A stretch of DNA of 64,000 bases from Obrimoposthia wandeli (taxonomy: Eukaryota): positions 62,001 through 126,000 of the forward strand of contig CDROCS010004653.1 of assembly GCA_977020255.1 (NCBI GenBank), in the 5' to 3' direction. Position 1 is the stretch's first letter; every line of letters begins with the position of its first letter. Shown here piece by piece: positions 60,561 through 64,000 of the stretch. The notes under the pieces were generated by a model. The model made no database searches. It saw only the letters and a list, made by a program, of their open reading frames with translations, and was not told the origin of the DNA. The position numbers were made by a program, and so were the translations under genes.

Positions 60561-60788
60561 ATGCATAAGCGATTAGAAAATAAGACGGCGCTAATAACGG
60601 GAGCAGGCCAAGGTATTGGTCATGCTATATGCCCAGGCGCTACTTTGAACAAGTTAGCAAAAAGACACAAAATGCAGAGGGTTGGCACCGTTGATGAAGT
60701 GGTTGAAGCTGCACTCTACCTTGCTGGAGACAACAGTGGATTCATAAACGGACAAACAATGCTCATCGATGGTGGGATGACGCTGTAG
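60561..60788 (+). pseudogene. Internally deleted SDR oxidoreductase remnant
   Basis: N-terminal TALITGAGQGIGHAI joined directly to C-terminal CPG...RVGTVDEVVEAALYLAGDNSGFINGQTMLIDGG; NNAG and YxxxK core missing. Confidence 0.8.
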
Positions 60789-61128
60789 CTTTTGGAGATG
60801 ATGATATAGGGTCAAAAAAGCTATTCTAAAATGTTATCTTTGATCGACGGACATGACGCAAAATGGATTGATTTTCTTGTTGAGCCGTTTTTTCATAATG
60901 CATTATCGGAAAAATCGGGCTAGATTTAGCCCAGAATTTTCAATAAACATCCTCGGGGCAAGCCCTCTCACTTCGTTCGACTTCACTGTGTGAAGCGGGG
61001 TGTCGTTGTTACTAATATTCGCCCCAAGGAGCTGGAAATTAACCCTCTGATGATTTAGGCTCCGCCTAATTCGTCTCTATTAAACCTAAATGAAAGCTTT
61101 GCACACTAATGCGCGCAAAGCCCTTATG

Positions 61129-62433
61129 CTATTTAAATTCAGCAACACCCACTGACATCATAAAAGTACCATCTTTAAATAAATAAGGTGATCGCTCTGC
61201 ATCATATTTAGTCACGCCATTAACATCAGCTTTGGATGGCTTAAATAACTTTGCTGGTTGCTCTCCGGTTCTTTCTTGAAATTGGCTTTCAAATGTTTTT
61301 TTGTTGGCGTAAGTTTCAACATTGTTAATCGTTACTTGGCCCGCTTCTTGAAAATCAATCAGCGCAAAAGCCACCCAATACGATCTAGGGTCATCATGAT
61401 TTAAATGAGAGATAACCGTTTGCTTATCATTATCTGTCACTTGTACTCTCGCTTTATAAGAGTGAAAACTGCCCAATCCATTACTTACTGCGCTATAGGC
61501 GCATATTAGTGCATATTTAATATTATCAGGTTGTGATATTTCTAACACTTCCTCTCCTGCTACTTGGCTATCACCTAGTAACTTCATAAACGGTGGCTTT
61601 GATAAATCGCCCAAGCGCTTATAGTAAACCTTGTCTTCTGCATCATTTTTATCAACATAAAAGCAGTATAAATCTAGATCAGCTTTAGTATCCCATTTTA
61701 ATTTCGCCGTCAGTTTTTTTCCTTTTTCCAAAGAAATAGTCGCTTTTTCTCCAGCCTTAGAAAGATCTACTTTTGTAATACTAACAGGCACGCTACTTTT
61801 TATGGGAGATACCGATTTTGGTGCTGCTGACACAGTTGGAGATGCTAGAATTGGTGTCGGTTCAACTGGAGGCAGATTACTTGTCGTTGATTTAGCTAAT
61901 TCTGATTGGCTAGATACCGGCTGAGTAGCCTCATCATCAATATCTACGCCATACCCAATGGCAATTGGCGCTAAACCACCAGCATAACCTTGCCCTATGG
62001 CTTTAAACTTCCACTGCCCTTTGTGTCGATATAACTCTGCCAAAATGAGCGAAGTTTCATTCATCTCACTTATATTTGGGCTAAATTCTGCGATACTTTC
62101 TACCCTCACCTTTAAAGATACAGCAAGCTTGAAAGCGACTGGTGTGGTAATTACAAAAGCTATTTTATGGATCTCTTGATCTATTTTAGCAAGATCTATT
62201 TTAAAGGACTGGTTAGTTGATGGAACCGATATCAGGCTTACCGATTTATCTAGTGAACTAAGCTGATTGTAAAAAATAAAATCGTCGTCATTTCTTGTTT
62301 TGTTGTTATCTGAAAGCAAAAAAGCTGAAACATCAATAGAATCGTTACCGCTGTTAGGCAGTTCGCATTCAACAACAATGTTAATCGTTGCGGCGTTTAT
62401 CACTAAGTTTTGCCCATGTGTTATTGCTTGCAT
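61129..62433 (-). CDS. TerD-family stress protein (TerD domain, Pro/Ser linker, second TerD/TerA-like domain)
   Basis: IDVSAFLL, DFIFYNQ, ELYRHKGQWKFKAIGQGYAGGL; second domain KWDTKADLDLYC...GEEVLEI. Confidence 0.85.
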   Translation of the reverse strand: MQAITHGQNLVINAATINIVVECELPNSGNDSIDVSAFLLSDNNKTRNDDDFIFYNQLSSLDKSVSLISVPSTNQSFKIDLAKIDQEIHKIAFVITTPVAFKLAVSLKVRVESIAEFSPNISEMNETSLILAELYRHKGQWKFKAIGQGYAGGLAPIAIGYGVDIDDEATQPVSSQSELAKSTTSNLPPVEPTPILASPTVSAAPKSVSPIKSSVPVSITKVDLSKAGEKATISLEKGKKLTAKLKWDTKADLDLYCFYVDKNDAEDKVYYKRLGDLSKPPFMKLLGDSQVAGEEVLEISQPDNIKYALICAYSAVSNGLGSFHSYKARVQVTDNDKQTVISHLNHDDPRSYWVAFALIDFQEAGQVTINNVETYANKKTFESQFQERTGEQPAKLFKPSKADVNGVTKYDAERSPYLFKDGTFMMSVGVAEFK

Positions 62434-63267
62434 CTCTCATCCTTAAATATTGTTTGAAATTTATCAAAGTCATTCGAATCAATGCTATGTTTTAGGTACT
62501 TCAATGAACCCACTGTTTTAATACCAGACCTCTGCATAATGTCACGAATGAAAATAACACAAAGCAAAAATCGGCGAGACGATACAGTTAGTTTACCCCT
62601 GCCCGTTGGACATTGCTGATGTAAATACACATAGCAAGGCCTCACTTCGATTGACCTTGTTATCAGTATACAATCAGTTAAATTACAATCCAAGAAATGA
62701 CAACTTCCCCCCTCAGTGAAAAACCCTTTTACCACATCCAGCGATAATAAACTAAGGCAGCCAATGCGAATGCAACCGTTTTAGTTAGCCCATAGGGTTT
62801 AGGGGATCTCTACTTATGAGACCTTCCAGTTTTAAGTTTTTCAGCGTGTTCCATCTCTTGGGTATTGAGCCTATTTTGACGCCCCTTCTGAGCGTAATTA
62901 TTATCTTTAGATCATATAATATAAAGCCAAGAACTAGCCTGTTATACCAATCATTTTGATAGCAATGCCCTTGCCTTTTACTGGTAGTTGACGTTTAATA
63001 TTAGCAGTCAATATTTCTAAGAATATCTTTAATTTCATTAGTTAGTGCTCATCCTGAAACGGGGTCGTCGCGAGAGCGTTTCAATGACTCAAGATACGTA
63101 CTACTAGATATAGGCGTTTGGTTATTCCAAATAACTAGATCTTGTAGTAAGTAGATTGAGTTAGTGATGCGTTCGCAGTAGGCATCCGTTTCTGGATGGG
63201 CACTAGTTAGCAGCCTTAAACATACATTCGGCTCTGCACCTTAAAATGTTAAAGCTAGGATTCTGTA

Positions 63268-64000
63268 TTGAAAATTCCTGATACCCACATAGATGAAAGC
63301 TCTCGACTAGACACACTTCAAGCACTTAGTATTATGGATACATTGCCTGAAGAGCGCTTCGATAGATTAACGCGCATAGCAAAACGTATGTTCAATGTTC
63401 CTATAGCGCTGGTTAGTTTGGTCGATGAGAGACGTCAGTGGTTCAAATCTTGTATAGGTTTGAATGTTAGAGAAGCCCACCGAGATTTTTCTTTTTGTGG
63501 CCATGCTATTCTCGATGATAAAGTTTTTATCATCCCTAACACTATTGAAGACCCGCGTTTTGCAGATAATCCATTCGTGGAAAGCGCCCCAAATGTACGC
63601 TTTTATGCTGGGTGCCCACTCCAAGTCAACGGCCACAAATTAGGAACCTTGTGTATCATTGATACTGTTCCAAGAGGTTTTGACGGGGAGGATATTGAAG
63701 CTCTCAAAAATTTAGCATCCATGGTCGAACGTGAGCTCACCGCTATTCAATGGGCAATGCTAGATGAGCTAACTGATATATCAAACCGCAGAGGTTTCAT
63801 AGTACTTGCTCAGCACAGTTTGAACCTGTGTATCCGCCAGGCTATTCCCGCCGCACTGGTTTTTATTGACTTAGATAAATTTAAGCTTATCAACGACAAA
63901 TTTGGTCATGCTGAAGGTGACGCAGTATTAATAGCCTTCGCCAATTTGATGAAAGATGCCTTTCGTAATTCAGATGTTTTTGCCCGCTTGGGCGGCGATG
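63268..64000 (+). CDS. GAF-GGDEF diguanylate cyclase, partial (runs off the window end)
   Basis: Hand translation from TTG 63268 (AGGA RBS): EERFDRLTRIAKRMFNVPIALVSLVD, RQWFKSCIG, FCGHAI, RFYAGCPL, DELTDISNRRGF, DLDKFKLINDKFGHAEGD, ARLGGD. Confidence 0.93.
   Translation, partial: MKIPDTHIDESSRLDTLQALSIMDTLPEERFDRLTRIAKRMFNVPIALVSLVDERRQWFKSCIGLNVREAHRDFSFCGHAILDDKVFIIPNTIEDPRFADNPFVESAPNVRFYAGCPLQVNGHKLGTLCIIDTVPRGFDGEDIEALKNLASMVERELTAIQWAMLDELTDISNRRGFIVLAQHSLNLCIRQAIPAALVFIDLDKFKLINDKFGHAEGDAVLIAFANLMKDAFRNSDVFARLGGD

Noticed and set aside
62421-62735. 104-aa ORF upstream of terD
   Set aside because: Cys/Arg-rich, non-coding-like composition and it overlaps the terD RBS; a short real peptide cannot be excluded.
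63367-63636. 89-aa minus-strand ORF
   Set aside because: Antisense shadow of the GAF-GGDEF gene.

Overview
64 kb of an AT-rich, probably marine gammaproteobacterial chromosome (taxonomy is an impression only), dominated by accessory transport, redox and amino-acid/C1 catabolic genes. From left to right: a YHS-domain secreted protein; a Fur-boxed iron-complex ABC operon; TPP riboswitch-thiC; a QOR/SDR, GST-omega-LysE and PatB block; two DoxX-like mini-operons with MarR-ABA4, YkgJ and PEP-mutase genes between them; glutathione-independent formaldehyde dehydrogenase fdhA behind an (AATCTC)11 VNTR; AraC, GNAT and a secreted hydrolase; a LysR-linked YbdL-type transaminase, Nit1-type amidase and Pot-type ABC operon; an SBP next to a PAS-GGDEF-EAL gene; a sarcosine-oxidase/N-methylglutamate-dehydrogenase-like cluster with two different beta subunits; a TyrR-family regulator divergent from a Cys/Met PLP lyase-OsmC-aceE-aceF cluster, with three TyrR-like boxes, an IHF site and a sigma54-like promoter; a Liv-type ABC operon; an internally deleted SDR remnant; a solo TerD/TerA-like gene; and a GAF-GGDEF gene running off the end. 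Three copies of an approximately 153-bp IS4-like MITE were found, two with perfect 9-bp target duplications and all with an internal pair of inverted IHF-consensus sites. No rRNA, tRNA, CRISPR array or transposase gene was recognised. The best candidates for undescribed systems are the TyrR/lyase/one-Cys OsmC/AceEF module, the double-beta Mgd-like oxidase, the transaminase-amidase-transporter operon and the MITE family. All product calls come from motif recognition, not database searches.
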